From a virus: a stretch of DNA of 64,000 nucleotides. Positions 26,907-36,805 of this stretch are shown here, piece by piece (the first letter of the stretch is position 1; each line of letters opens with the position of its first letter). Location of the stretch: the IMG/VR virus record IMGVR_UViG_3300037833_000033, positions 1,541-65,540 of that record. One strand, 5' to 3'. The notes under the pieces were generated by a model that was given only the letters and a program-made list of their open reading frames with translations, was not told the origin of the DNA and searched no databases. A program made the translations under genes and the position numbers.

Positions 26907-27466
26907 CAGAGGCTCCGGAAATGGGTGTTGAGCTCGGCGATCGTCACGGCGACGATACCCATCGGAGCCTGCTTGCTGTGGCCGTTCTCAAGCGGGTCGG
27001 CGTAGGGCAGGTTGTTGACAAGATAGATGGCTACCTTGTCGGTCAGACCCGCAATGACGGCTGATCCGGCGGCGATCGTGGCTTGCCCCGAAGGGTCGAC
27101 AGCATCGATCACGCCTGCCGGCCGTGAACCTATGCCGACTTGCCAGTTCGCTCGGAACCTGCCGCCGACGTAGCCCTTGCCGACCGCCAGCGGGATCTGC
27201 TTCTTCATGGAAGCGGTGCTCGTCGCCTTGCGACGCCGCCCGGGGTTCGCCCGGTTGTATGCCTCGTTCTCGCCAGCGGTCACCGCCCTCTTGAGGTGAA
27301 CAACCTGGTTGGGCCGCCACAGGTCGGGGTTGCCGACCGGCGACTTCATCACGACGCGATGCAGGGCCTCCAGGGCAATGAATCGCGTCACCTCTACGAC
27401 CTTGTCCTCAACGAGCTCCTTAGACAGAGCGTCGAGGTGAAGGCCGAACTCGCGGGCGTTGGCCAT
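26906..27466 (-). CDS. HK97-gp10-like neck protein
   Basis: SPV...GRFRANW...NNLPYA..LENGHSKQAP.G. Confidence 0.85.
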   Translation of the reverse strand: MANAREFGLHLDALSKELVEDKVVEVTRFIALEALHRVVMKSPVGNPDLWRPNQVVHLKRAVTAGENEAYNRANPGRRRKATSTASMKKQIPLAVGKGYVGGRFRANWQVGIGSRPAGVIDAVDPSGQATIAAGSAVIAGLTDKVAIYLVNNLPYADPLENGHSKQAPMGIVAVTIAELNTHFRSL

Positions 27467-27849
27467 CAGACCGGCCTCACGATGGCGGCCGAGAGGCCGC
27501 CGGCCCGCAGGAGGTCCCTGCCTCGGACCACAGCGAAGACGGTGCCCGAAACGGTCATGCGGTCATTCTCGACCGGGATGAGGGAGAAGCCCTCGAGGTA
27601 GACGAGGTCCTCGTTCTGGCTCGCCACATAGCCCGGGAAGGGATCGGCGGCCGATCCAAGCTGCTCGGTCGCGAAAAGGACGCGCCCGGAGGCGGTCTGA
27701 GGGGCCGTAGCGACGTACTGGCCTGTCGCCGCATTGTAGGTGTCGGAGCCCGCGGCCCGGCTGAGCGTGCCCGTCTTGATTACGTCGGGCAACTCCGCGG
27801 CCGCGGCGTCGAAGGCCTCCTTGGCGATGGCGGCGACGGAGGTGCTCAT
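27466..27849 (-). CDS. Head-closure/stopper protein
   Basis: Position; YNAATGQY motif. Confidence 0.65.
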   Translation of the reverse strand: MSTSVAAIAKEAFDAAAAELPDVIKTGTLSRAAGSDTYNAATGQYVATAPQTASGRVLFATEQLGSAADPFPGYVASQNEDLVYLEGFSLIPVENDRMTVSGTVFAVVRGRDLLRAGGLSAAIVRPV

Positions 27850-28367
27850 CACACCCTCACGGCCGTGCCGACGAAGTTCGAGGTGGCGTCGATCAGGCCT
27901 ACCAGGAGCCCGTCCACACGCGAGAAGCGGGGCGAGCGGGCCGGGAGCGCGTACTCCGTCTCGGTCTCGACAGGACCCGCCTTAACCCGCTTCCGGGAGA
28001 CGGCCGCCGTCTGGTCCGGCCGGGTGTCGAGGCTGGCGCCCTCCAGGATCGCGATCGCGACCTCGATGGTGGCGTGCTTCACGGCCCGAGGCACGGAAGT
28101 GGAGGCTATGGAGAAGCCTTCGGGGTCCACAGCGCCGACACGAGGCCACGCCAGGCCCTGCAGGGCCGTCGCACGGCGCCCTTTCCAGCGGCCGTGGTAG
28201 GTCGCCTCGATCCAGGCCGTGGCGCGCCGCAAGGCCCGCTCCTGGGCCGCGAGATCGACAGCCTCGGCCGGCGCGTTCCGCGCGACGTCATAGGCGTCCA
28301 TCTCCTCGACCGAGGCGTAGCTCTCGGCGAGGTCCATTCCGGTACCGTCTTCGACGATCAGCGCCAT
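27849..28367 (-). CDS. Head-tail adaptor (DnaT-like family)
   Basis: MALIVEDGTG...AESYAS...WKG.R....Q.LAWPR. Confidence 0.85.
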   Translation of the reverse strand: MALIVEDGTGMDLAESYASVEEMDAYDVARNAPAEAVDLAAQERALRRATAWIEATYHGRWKGRRATALQGLAWPRVGAVDPEGFSIASTSVPRAVKHATIEVAIAILEGASLDTRPDQTAAVSRKRVKAGPVETETEYALPARSPRFSRVDGLLVGLIDATSNFVGTAVRV

Positions 28368-28370
28368 CCG

Positions 28371-28610
28371 TCAGGCCTTGCTCGCGTCTTCGATAATGTC
28401 GCGCTGGGCGACCGTCAGAGCGCCGACGAGCTCCATGAAGCTGTGCTCAGCGCTCCACCGGTTCCCGACTTCGCGACCCTCTTCCATGGTCACGATGCAG
28501 ACGGCCCGCATGCGACCCGCCTCCGCGATGGCGAGAGCCTCCCGGAGGAGCTCGGCGCACTTGGCCGAGGCTTCCTCCGGGACCGTCACGAGGTGGACCG
28601 TCCTGGTCAC
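28371..28610 (-). CDS. Small hypothetical protein
   Basis: Coupled within head operon. Confidence 0.55.
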   Translation of the reverse strand: MTRTVHLVTVPEEASAKCAELLREALAIAEAGRMRAVCIVTMEEGREVGNRWSAEHSFMELVGALTVAQRDIIEDASKA

Positions 28611-29245
28611 GCCTGGCCGCGCCGCTCGAGCTCTGCCTCGATCGCCTTGTCAGCGTCGTCACCATTCCGGACCGGACCGTCCGACACCTGCGAGGCGAGC
28701 GAACGCTTCTGCTGCCAGGGCAGTTCCCGCCAGTTCTCGGGGATGTTCACGACGCCGGAATCTGTGCCCGTGCCGCCCGACGTGGCCGCCTCGCGGATCG
28801 CAGCAGCGGCAGCCTCGGCATTCGCCACGGCATCGGCGACCTCGGGCTTGATGCCGCCCGGCCGGTCTTCCATGCCTCGAGCCTCGCGCATCTGGGCGGC
28901 CGACTTGTCCACGAAGGCGCCGAGGTTGTTCTCGAACTCGGTCGCCTGCTTGTCGGGGTAGCGGACGTCGGTCGGCGTCGGCTCGCTGTAGGTGCCGCTT
29001 GGGTTCTTCACGGATGCGGTCGCGTCGAGGCCCGCTCCGCCGGTCTGACCGAAGTTGCCGGCGACCTTCCGCTTCGCGTCGAGCTCGGCGTAGAGCTTGC
29101 GCTCCTCGTCGGTCAGGCCGTCGTTGCCGGCGGCTTCCTTGGCCTCGGCGTCGAAGGGGGTGTGCTGCTTCGGGTCGAAGTCCGACTTGTTGATGATGGC
29201 GAAGCTGTCGCCGCTCTTGATGCGGATGGTTTCCACCTGGCTCAT
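28607..29245 (-). CDS. Head-associated hypothetical protein
   Basis: Directly after capsid; IINKSDFDP N-terminus, IPENWRELPWQQ C-terminus. Confidence 0.65.
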   Translation of the reverse strand: MSQVETIRIKSGDSFAIINKSDFDPKQHTPFDAEAKEAAGNDGLTDEERKLYAELDAKRKVAGNFGQTGGAGLDATASVKNPSGTYSEPTPTDVRYPDKQATEFENNLGAFVDKSAAQMREARGMEDRPGGIKPEVADAVANAEAAAAAIREAATSGGTGTDSGVVNIPENWRELPWQQKRSLASQVSDGPVRNGDDADKAIEAELERRGQA

Positions 29246-29315
29246 GGCCGGTCCTTTCGAGATGCAAAGAGAGGGATGACGCGGCGAAGACCGCGCCAGA
29301 TCGATGCGGCCGCGA

Positions 29316-30461
29316 TCAACCCATCAGGATCGCGATGTGCTCCGACTTCACGACGCCGACGCCCCAGGCGAGGCCGACCTCCCACCGCATGCGGCGGTAC
29401 TCGGCGTACTGGCGGACCTCGAAGACGATGCCGGATGCGGGATCGGTGACGAGCTGCGCGTCGATCGCGGAATCGCCGCCCTCCGGAGCCGCCGGAGCGC
29501 GGGCCGCCAGCACCATGGCGTCCTGGGTGAAGGCGAGGTTGGCGGTGTAGTTGTTGCCGACCGTAATGGCGGTGTTGTCCGCCGCTGCGACGAGCAGGCC
29601 CGGGCGGTTGAGCGCCAGAGCGCTGCCGGTGAGCCCGGCGCTGACGTACTTGTTGGTGTCGCCCGCGAAGGTGACCACGTCGCCCGCCGCCACCGTGCCG
29701 GTCCCGGTGTCGACCACGATGGAGGTGTCGCCGACGGCCTCCCCAGAGACGTTGTTCACGAGGTAGCCGGTGCCGGTGCCCTTGGTGTGGAGCGGCACGC
29801 CCGCGCTGTAGCCCAGCCGGAAGCCCATGACCTGGTTGAGCACGCGCTGGCGCAGCAGATCGTCCGTCGCGGCCTCGTTGGCCTTGAACAGGATGGACTG
29901 CTTGCCCTCCAGGTTAAAGCGCGCGGCCGAGCCGACGACGAGGGTACGTCCCGCCTGCGGCGCGCCGTTCTCGTCGAGGATGCGGTTCACGCCCGCGAAG
30001 TCAGTCAGGTCGCCTGCCGTGCCGAAGGGCGCGGTGCCAGCCGTGCCATAGGCACGCGAGGCGGCCTTGTAGCCTGCAGCCACAAGATCGACCTCGACCT
30101 GATTGGCGATCCAGCGGAAGGCCTGGGCGAACTGGTCGGCCAGCACGCGATTGTACTGACCGCCGGGGCCGAGCGCGCGCTGCTCCTCGCCGTTCCAGCG
30201 AACGGGCGAGTACTTGGACTTCGTGATCGCGACGGCTTGCGTTCCGAGCACGACGTCGCCGTCGTCCGGCGGAACGGAGGCCGGGGTGATGTTGCCGCCG
30301 GTGGCGGCCGGCACCACGGGGACGGTCACGGTCTGGCCGACCGCGGCGCGCTCCATGGTGGCGTCGCGCTGGACGGCCGGGATCATCCCGATCAGTTCGC
30401 GGGAGACGACGTTCAGGCCGGCGAAGATGCTCGGCATGATGGCAGTGATGTTGTTCGCCAT
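29316..30461 (-). CDS. Major capsid protein (P22-coat-like)
   Basis: 381 aa after scaffold; VSRELIGMIP...YRRMRWEVGLAWG. Confidence 0.88.
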   Translation of the reverse strand: MANNITAIMPSIFAGLNVVSRELIGMIPAVQRDATMERAAVGQTVTVPVVPAATGGNITPASVPPDDGDVVLGTQAVAITKSKYSPVRWNGEEQRALGPGGQYNRVLADQFAQAFRWIANQVEVDLVAAGYKAASRAYGTAGTAPFGTAGDLTDFAGVNRILDENGAPQAGRTLVVGSAARFNLEGKQSILFKANEAATDDLLRQRVLNQVMGFRLGYSAGVPLHTKGTGTGYLVNNVSGEAVGDTSIVVDTGTGTVAAGDVVTFAGDTNKYVSAGLTGSALALNRPGLLVAAADNTAITVGNNYTANLAFTQDAMVLAARAPAAPEGGDSAIDAQLVTDPASGIVFEVRQYAEYRRMRWEVGLAWGVGVVKSEHIAILMG

Positions 30462-30585
30462 AGGGCGCCCTTTCTGAATGGTTGGATCGTGCGGAATGGG
30501 TCATCCGACCCGAGCGCCTTCCCCCATCCAGGGTCTGGCCAGTCGCGCTTGGTGAGCCGGGTCGCGCGGCCGGCAGCGGGTCAGG

Positions 30586-31389
30586 TCAGTCGACGACCTG
30601 GATCTGGTCGACCGTCATCGCCTTCATCTGAGCGGAGGGGTCGAGCTGATTGAACTGCGCGCGGGTCATCGTCTTGGAGCCGGTGCCGCCCCCTCCCCCG
30701 CTTGGGCGCGAGCCGCCGCCGTTGCCTCCCGAGCCCTTCAGGATGGCGTCGCGATGGGGGTAGGCGTCGACCAGGATCTCCAGCGCCTCATCGAACTCGG
30801 CGATCTCGCCGGGCTTGGCGCGGGAGTAGACCTTGGAGCCGTTCGGGTCGTAGGCGACGATCTTGCCCTCTTCGACCTTGAAGCGGTTGCCGAACTGGGC
30901 CTGCAGGAGGTCGGCCGGGATGGCGACCTTGTCGGAGATGAACTTGCTGCGCGAAAACGCGCCGCCGACCTTCTCGGAATAGAGCTGCCCGGTGACCTTC
31001 TCGAGGTCGGTCTCGAGCGTCTTGATCTTCTCCCCGCTGGCCTTGGCGGCCTGAGCGACCTGATCCTCGGCAGCCTTCTTCGCCGCGGCCTTGATCTCCT
31101 CGACCTTGCCGGCGGTGACGAGGTCCCCGTCCTTGAGGTTCTTGACCGTCTCCAGGGCCTTCCTGGCGGCCTCGGCATCCTCAATCCCTTCGAAGGCCTT
31201 CAGCTGCGCCTCGGCGGCCTCCTTGGCCTCACGGTGGCCCTTGGCCTCACCGTTCAGGCGGGAGATGGTCGCGACGGTGGCGGGTGCGTCGAACGCCACC
31301 TCCTTACCGTCGGCATGGACGTAGACGGGCTTGTCGCCGTCGACCTCGGCATAGGTCTTGCCGTTCACCTCGACTGTCTTGAGTTTCAT
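30586..31389 (-). CDS. Scaffolding protein
   Basis: ISRLNGEAKGHRE...FDEALEILVDAYP..DAILK, Gly-rich tail. Confidence 0.8.
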   Translation of the reverse strand: MKLKTVEVNGKTYAEVDGDKPVYVHADGKEVAFDAPATVATISRLNGEAKGHREAKEAAEAQLKAFEGIEDAEAARKALETVKNLKDGDLVTAGKVEEIKAAAKKAAEDQVAQAAKASGEKIKTLETDLEKVTGQLYSEKVGGAFSRSKFISDKVAIPADLLQAQFGNRFKVEEGKIVAYDPNGSKVYSRAKPGEIAEFDEALEILVDAYPHRDAILKGSGGNGGGSRPSGGGGGTGSKTMTRAQFNQLDPSAQMKAMTVDQIQVVD

Positions 31390-31521
31390 GGTGGGGGTCC
31401 TTCGGGCATCCGCCCCGGCTATGAGCCTTCCGGCCCGGGCGCCGCTGCCCTTCCAGGCGCGCGGCCGTGATCGCCCGGGCCGTGGGCGCCGAGCGAAAGA
31501 GTGGCAGGCGGTGGCCTGCGG

Positions 31522-32613
31522 TCAGTTCGGGTGTCGTTCCTCGAGCTGCTTCAGCGTCAGGGGCCGGCCGCTCTGGTCGATGAGGTCAGCGAGATCGATC
31601 CGCCCCTCCCGCCAGAGCCGCGCCTTGCCGGCGCCGAGGAGGTCGTCCTGGAAGGCAGCCGGCTTCGTCTTGAGCCAGTCCGCGAAAGAGATGTCAGCGG
31701 GCACTTGGCCGTCCATGGAAGCCCGGGTCGAGGCCGGCACGTCCGGAACGTTGATCCCGATCTCCCGGAAGCTCTTGAGCTGCGGCACCATCACGGTGCG
31801 GCAGTTCGGGTGGTAAGGAGGCCCGCCGAGGAACGGCACCTTGTGGCCGATCGGCTTGCCCTCGAGCGTGTACCGCAGGCCCGAGCGGGCGATGCAGGTG
31901 GAGCTCGTCCGCCCGTCCAGGGTCACGAGGGTCACGAGCGCCTTCACCAGATCGCCGTTCGCCCGGTAGGTGTCGATCTGGGCCCGGTTCGCCACCGCCT
32001 GGACAGAGGAGCGGACCAGCGTCTCGGCGTTCCGCCGGGCGATCTCCATCACACCCCTGACCGGCTCTCCGCCTTTCGTGCCGCCACGGATACGACGCAC
32101 GATATCGCTGTTCGTCTCCCCTGCCGCCATGCCCTGCCGGACCTGGTCCTTGAACCGGTTGAGGACGTCCCCTGCCTGCCGGCTCCACCACTCCCGCGTT
32201 GGCGCCCCGTCGATCAGCACGTCGCTCGCGATGGCCTGGACCTGGACGGCCGACAGCGAGACAGTATCGAAGGCGGCTGTCACCCCTTTGCGGAGCGCCG
32301 CGGCGGTGAACCGCGTCTCCGATTCCGCCAGCGGAGCGAGCTCGTTCCGGAGCAGGCCGTCGGCCTCGTTGTAGGCCGAGGAGATGCTCGCCCTCACGTG
32401 CTCGAGCATCTCCTGCAGGCGCACCGTGGTCGCCGACGAGAGCGGCGCCTCGAGCTCGCTCTGGATGAGCTGCCGAACCAGGTCCCTTTCCAGCTCGATC
32501 AGGACGCCGAGGATCTCCCGGCGCACCTGCGCGTCGAACCGCATCAGGTCGATGGCATGGGCCCTGACCTCGTCCGCAACGATGTCCGCCGCGGACGTCC
32601 TCTGGTCCATCAT
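31522..32613 (-). CDS. Minor head morphogenesis protein (Mu gpF-like)
   Basis: TLDGRTSSTC...PPYHPNCRT. Confidence 0.85.
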   Translation of the reverse strand: MMDQRTSAADIVADEVRAHAIDLMRFDAQVRREILGVLIELERDLVRQLIQSELEAPLSSATTVRLQEMLEHVRASISSAYNEADGLLRNELAPLAESETRFTAAALRKGVTAAFDTVSLSAVQVQAIASDVLIDGAPTREWWSRQAGDVLNRFKDQVRQGMAAGETNSDIVRRIRGGTKGGEPVRGVMEIARRNAETLVRSSVQAVANRAQIDTYRANGDLVKALVTLVTLDGRTSSTCIARSGLRYTLEGKPIGHKVPFLGGPPYHPNCRTVMVPQLKSFREIGINVPDVPASTRASMDGQVPADISFADWLKTKPAAFQDDLLGAGKARLWREGRIDLADLIDQSGRPLTLKQLEERHPN

Positions 32614-34193
32614 GCGGCCGCGGACCCGCTATTATCCGGCAGGGTGCCGCCAGGGCCCAGCGGCAAGGGTTGGCCCGTCAGGTCCGCCGGTTCGGTCCTG
32701 AGCCTCTCCCCCTCTGCCTCCGGATCGAACTCCGGCCCGAGCTTCCCGCGGCGCTGCAGCTCGCTCCAGTAGGTTGGCCGCGAGATCTCGCCGGCGACGC
32801 GCGCCTTCAGCAGCTCCGGCAGGTCGCCGTCGGCGTTCACGTCCACCGCGAAATCGGTGTGCACCTTCGCCGTGGTGGTGTCCGAGAGGCCGAGCCACTT
32901 CGACGTCAGGGCGAGACAGCGATCGAGGGTGTCCTTGAAGAGGATGGCCCACGCCTGGACCGCAGACGAGGCCTTCTGCGACAGGTTCGCGGTGGTGACC
33001 ACCGTGAGGTTGGCCGCGAGCAACGGCTGCATGCCGAGGTCGCGCATCTCCTGCCGGAACGCGGCGAGGTCCTCCTTGAGGAACTTGAGCGATTCCGCGC
33101 TCGGCTCGACGAATTTCCAATCGCCGTGATTACCGGTCGGGTCGGGCGGTGCGAACAGCACCGAGCTCGGCCCGATCGGTATCTTCATGTCCCTGGTCTT
33201 CCCGGTCTCCGGGTCGGTGACCGTGGGCTGCACGCCAATGGCTGCCAGCATCGGAAAGGCCGTGAGGGTCTTCACCTCCTTGAGGTTCGATTCCTGCTGA
33301 AATTCCTCGAGCTGCATATGAGCAAGGTCGCGAAGAGGAGGGTCGACCACGAACGAGGTGCCATGCCGCTTGCCTGGGATGAAAGGCACGAGCGGAATGA
33401 CGCCGATTGAGTAGGAGCCCGTCCCGATGCTCACCCAGGTCTTGCGCGCGGTCGTCTTGTCCTCTTGTTCCTCGAACAAGTTCCAGACGGCGGGCCCCAG
33501 GGCAACCGGGCGCCCATCTGCGGCCTCCGCCGTCACGGGCCTGTCGATCACGCGGACCCGCTTCTTGACGACCTCCCTATAGCCGTCGCGGACAACCGCA
33601 TCCTCGGCGATGCGTGCATGGGTGAGGACCTCGACCCCGCCGACGAACGTGCTGTAGACCGCCAGAAGGCGTTCGCAGGGCACATGGACCCAGTAGGGGC
33701 GCAGGCCCTGCTCCCGCTCCTCGGCCTTCGTCAACGGGCGGCCGCCCGGGTTCGGCCGGGCCGGCGTGTGGTCGACGAAGATCCAGGAAATCCCCTTGTC
33801 GATCCCAGCCTTGAACGCGTCGGAGGCGAAGACGTGCAGGCTGTTGCCCTGTCCGTCGATATCGTCGACCAGACCGCCGGTGCGGAGCTTCGTCTGCTCG
33901 TTCAGCTTGCCGGCCAGCACCTCGGGAGCATCGTCGCTGATGTCCACCGTCTTGCTGAATGGCTTGCTCGCCAGGTTCCGGCTGATGTCGGCATACAGAT
34001 TTGTAAGGGGCGCGTTCTTGCATCGCAGGCTGTAGAGGTCAGGGTTCTCCTCGACGAACTTCGGGAGGTAAACCGACGCCCGAAGGCGCATGCGCTCCAC
34101 ACCGGCCAGGATGTCGCTGACGAGCTCCCAGAAGCCGCTCATCGCCTTGTAGTCGGCGGAGGTCGTTGCCGGAGTGGCATCTTCCGGAATCAT
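32610..34193 (-). CDS. Portal protein (DUF4055-like)
   Basis: Follows TerL; YLPKF, PPLRDLAHMQ, GEISR.TYWSELQRRG. Confidence 0.85.
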   Translation of the reverse strand: MIPEDATPATTSADYKAMSGFWELVSDILAGVERMRLRASVYLPKFVEENPDLYSLRCKNAPLTNLYADISRNLASKPFSKTVDISDDAPEVLAGKLNEQTKLRTGGLVDDIDGQGNSLHVFASDAFKAGIDKGISWIFVDHTPARPNPGGRPLTKAEEREQGLRPYWVHVPCERLLAVYSTFVGGVEVLTHARIAEDAVVRDGYREVVKKRVRVIDRPVTAEAADGRPVALGPAVWNLFEEQEDKTTARKTWVSIGTGSYSIGVIPLVPFIPGKRHGTSFVVDPPLRDLAHMQLEEFQQESNLKEVKTLTAFPMLAAIGVQPTVTDPETGKTRDMKIPIGPSSVLFAPPDPTGNHGDWKFVEPSAESLKFLKEDLAAFRQEMRDLGMQPLLAANLTVVTTANLSQKASSAVQAWAILFKDTLDRCLALTSKWLGLSDTTTAKVHTDFAVDVNADGDLPELLKARVAGEISRPTYWSELQRRGKLGPEFDPEAEGERLRTEPADLTGQPLPLGPGGTLPDNSGSAAA

Positions 34194-35425
34194 CGATACC
34201 TGCCAAACACGGGAGCCGCGGTGTGCTTCACGATCGGATGCCGGTAGGCGACCGGATAGGTCGCCGCGTCGATGACGTGATCGAGCCCGGAGGCTTTGTC
34301 GGGCTCGCCGTTCTTGTCGTAGGCCTGACGCTCCAGGGCCTCGGCCAGCCCGGGGCAGCCGTCAACGCTCACGAAGAGGCGGCCCGCCTTCAGGAGGGCA
34401 TTGGTGGCGAGCACCCTGTCCTTCACGGCAGGGTTGGAGGGGTGCACGAGGACGTGGAATCCGGCCTGCTTCAGGAGTGCAATGTCCGAGACACTGGCGT
34501 CGTTCGAGCGGCGGCCTTTGCCCGAGGCGTCGGGGTAGACGAAGATCGAGTGGCCGGCGTGCCGGGCCTTGATGAGACCGATCATGGCCGGGGTGTCGAA
34601 CACGTCGAGGTGCTCCTGGACGGCATGCGGCCACCCTCCCCTGAGGACGTAGACGACAGCCGCCATCCGCGTGACGTTGAAATCCATGCCGATGTGAAGG
34701 GGCTCGTTGCCCTGGATCCGCTCATCGGTGTTGTGGGCCTGCCGATCGTACTCGGGGTAGACCGACCCGAAGTTCAGGTTGACGAACTCGCCATCGAGGT
34801 AGGCCGCCAGGAGCGCCGAAGGGTAGCTGTCGCGCAGTGACTGGATGTAGCCCTCGGGCAGGTTCCTGGCGTTGCTCATCGTCGACGCCTTGATGAGGCG
34901 GTACCCAGGCGCGGGGTTCTTGCGCCACCGCTCGTAGACGAAGCGGAAGCCCTCAGGCGTGGTGGCCACCCCCACCGTGTTCAGGCTGCCGTCCGGCTTC
35001 TTCTGCCGGTTGCGCGAGATGATCTTGTTCCAGACGTCCCGGGCCTTGTCGGTCGGCAGGGTGTCGAGCTCGTCGACGAGGCTGTCGGCCACCTCATAGG
35101 CGACGATCCGCTCCGGCGTGTCCATGGTCCGGAAGATCACCTGCCCGAACCGCCCGACCTCGATCACGGCATCGCTCTTGTTGAGCGTGAACGGGATCTG
35201 CATCGCCTGCAGCATGTCGGTGACCCGCGGAAACCCCGTACGCTTCACCAGGTCGTACGTCGGCAGGTAATAGGCGACGTCCTGTCCGGGGTACTGAAGC
35301 TTGCGAGCCAGGATCCTGGCCACGCCGGCGTGGGTCTTACCGCTGCCGAACCCGCCGACGAACGCGGGAAACTGCTCCTCTGCCGTCACGATGTCGTGCT
35401 GCGGCCCACTAAGCCGGATCTGCAT
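34190..35425 (-). CDS. terL: Terminase large subunit
   Basis: Walker A GGFGSGKT, Walker B LVDE, nuclease IGMDFN and DH.IDA. Confidence 0.93.
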   Translation of the reverse strand: MQIRLSGPQHDIVTAEEQFPAFVGGFGSGKTHAGVARILARKLQYPGQDVAYYLPTYDLVKRTGFPRVTDMLQAMQIPFTLNKSDAVIEVGRFGQVIFRTMDTPERIVAYEVADSLVDELDTLPTDKARDVWNKIISRNRQKKPDGSLNTVGVATTPEGFRFVYERWRKNPAPGYRLIKASTMSNARNLPEGYIQSLRDSYPSALLAAYLDGEFVNLNFGSVYPEYDRQAHNTDERIQGNEPLHIGMDFNVTRMAAVVYVLRGGWPHAVQEHLDVFDTPAMIGLIKARHAGHSIFVYPDASGKGRRSNDASVSDIALLKQAGFHVLVHPSNPAVKDRVLATNALLKAGRLFVSVDGCPGLAEALERQAYDKNGEPDKASGLDHVIDAATYPVAYRHPIVKHTAAPVFGRYR

Positions 35426-35831
35426 CTCGAACGAACTGGATCACCGGCGGAGCGAGAGGCGTGCCGTTGGGGCCCGTCAGTTCGTTCGCGACCCGATCCT
35501 TGAACTTCTCCGGCCGGCGCCCCTTCAGCATGAAGATCATCAACGTGTCGCTGAACTCCTGGACCTCACCGACCTTTCGACCCTGCTGGTAGACCGGCTT
35601 CGTCGTGCCCTGAACGGCCCGGCGATACGCCTCGTCCTCCATGCGGTCGGTGCCCTCCTCGACCGCTTCGTCCCACGCCTTGGCGAAAGCCTCGTCCTCG
35701 GTGCGCCACTGGTAGGCCCGCGAACGGGTCAAGCCTGCATCGACGCAAGCGGCGGACACGGACTTGCCGTCCCTGAGCGCATCAAGGAACGCGGCCTCTT
35801 TTTTAGGTGTCCTAGTTGTCCTGTTTGCCAT
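35409..35831 (-). CDS. terS: Terminase small subunit
   Basis: HTH AAFLDAL...SAAC..AG..RS.AY.WR..DE.FA.AWDEA; overlaps terL start. Confidence 0.8.
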   Translation of the reverse strand: MANRTTRTPKKEAAFLDALRDGKSVSAACVDAGLTRSRAYQWRTEDEAFAKAWDEAVEEGTDRMEDEAYRRAVQGTTKPVYQQGRKVGEVQEFSDTLMIFMLKGRRPEKFKDRVANELTGPNGTPLAPPVIQFVRDADPA

Positions 35832-36327
35832 CGCTCGACCCATGATGCTCGGCGATGTGGCAGGCCTCGCACAAAGTGATCCCGTTACCGACTATGATCC
35901 GCGCGGCAGGTTCATCCGACCAGCGCAGGATGTGATGTGCTTGAAGGCGCTCTGTTGCACCGCAGTGAACACAGGCATGACCGTCCCGGTCCAGCACAGC
36001 CTGCCGCCAGGCTCTAACCTCGGGCGCATTCCGATCGAGGATCGGCCCGAGCACCTCCGGTACGGCGTTTGCCCGCCACTCCGGGAGGAGGTAGTCAAGG
36101 ATCTGTCCGCAGGCAGCCCTTTGCCACCACTGTTGGCCCGGGAGGACCAACCCGATCATCGCGAGGACAACGTACTCGGTGTAGGCCTCTGGGCTGATCT
36201 GGTGCCGCAAGCTAGACGAAAGACGCTCGGTCATTCCGAGGTGGCGCGCGAGATCCCGCAAGGCGCCAAGCTTCTCGGCATAGAACCGATCCTCAACGAA
36301 CCGGCGCTGCTTGTCCGTGAGCGCCAT
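35812..36327 (-). CDS. HNH endonuclease
   Basis: CVHC...QAHHI...NGITLCEACH. Confidence 0.88.
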   Translation of the reverse strand: MALTDKQRRFVEDRFYAEKLGALRDLARHLGMTERLSSSLRHQISPEAYTEYVVLAMIGLVLPGQQWWQRAACGQILDYLLPEWRANAVPEVLGPILDRNAPEVRAWRQAVLDRDGHACVHCGATERLQAHHILRWSDEPAARIIVGNGITLCEACHIAEHHGSSDGKQDN

Positions 36328-36463
36328 GGTGATTCCTCTGCGTGACCTTGTGTATCTATATTGACTAGCTTGAATATTCAGGCGCAGTGTAGGGGTCTGT
36401 TGACCTAACTGCGCGCGAAGACAAATTCGCCGATGCTTAGCTTTCGCGATATGGAGAAATAAA

Positions 36464-36805
36464 TTGGCAAGAGCGAATGAAATAGAAGACTTGATCTTTC
36501 AAGTTGCCGACACCGGCGAGGGTGGCACATTTATTTTCGAGGGCGAGCGGTTTAAGGTCAAAATCAATGATTCCTTCGAAACTGATGCTGGAGTCGTAGC
36601 GATCAAGTTGAAAATTGTCGCTGAGCCTTGGATCGCACACAAAACTGAGCGTTCTCTAAACACGCTCAATCACAGATATGACGGCCCTGAATCATCGAGC
36701 AATCCCGATATCAGATTCAATGACAAAAACCCCGATTCTTTCAAAGTAACTGACACGTTCGGGATCATCATCTATAAAAACAGCGCCGACTTCTTCGATC
36801 TCTAA
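36464..36805 (+). CDS. Low-GC moron, hypothetical
   Basis: GGAG RBS, AT-rich, opposite strand. Confidence 0.55.
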   Translation: MARANEIEDLIFQVADTGEGGTFIFEGERFKVKINDSFETDAGVVAIKLKIVAEPWIAHKTERSLNTLNHRYDGPESSSNPDIRFNDKNPDSFKVTDTFGIIIYKNSADFFDL

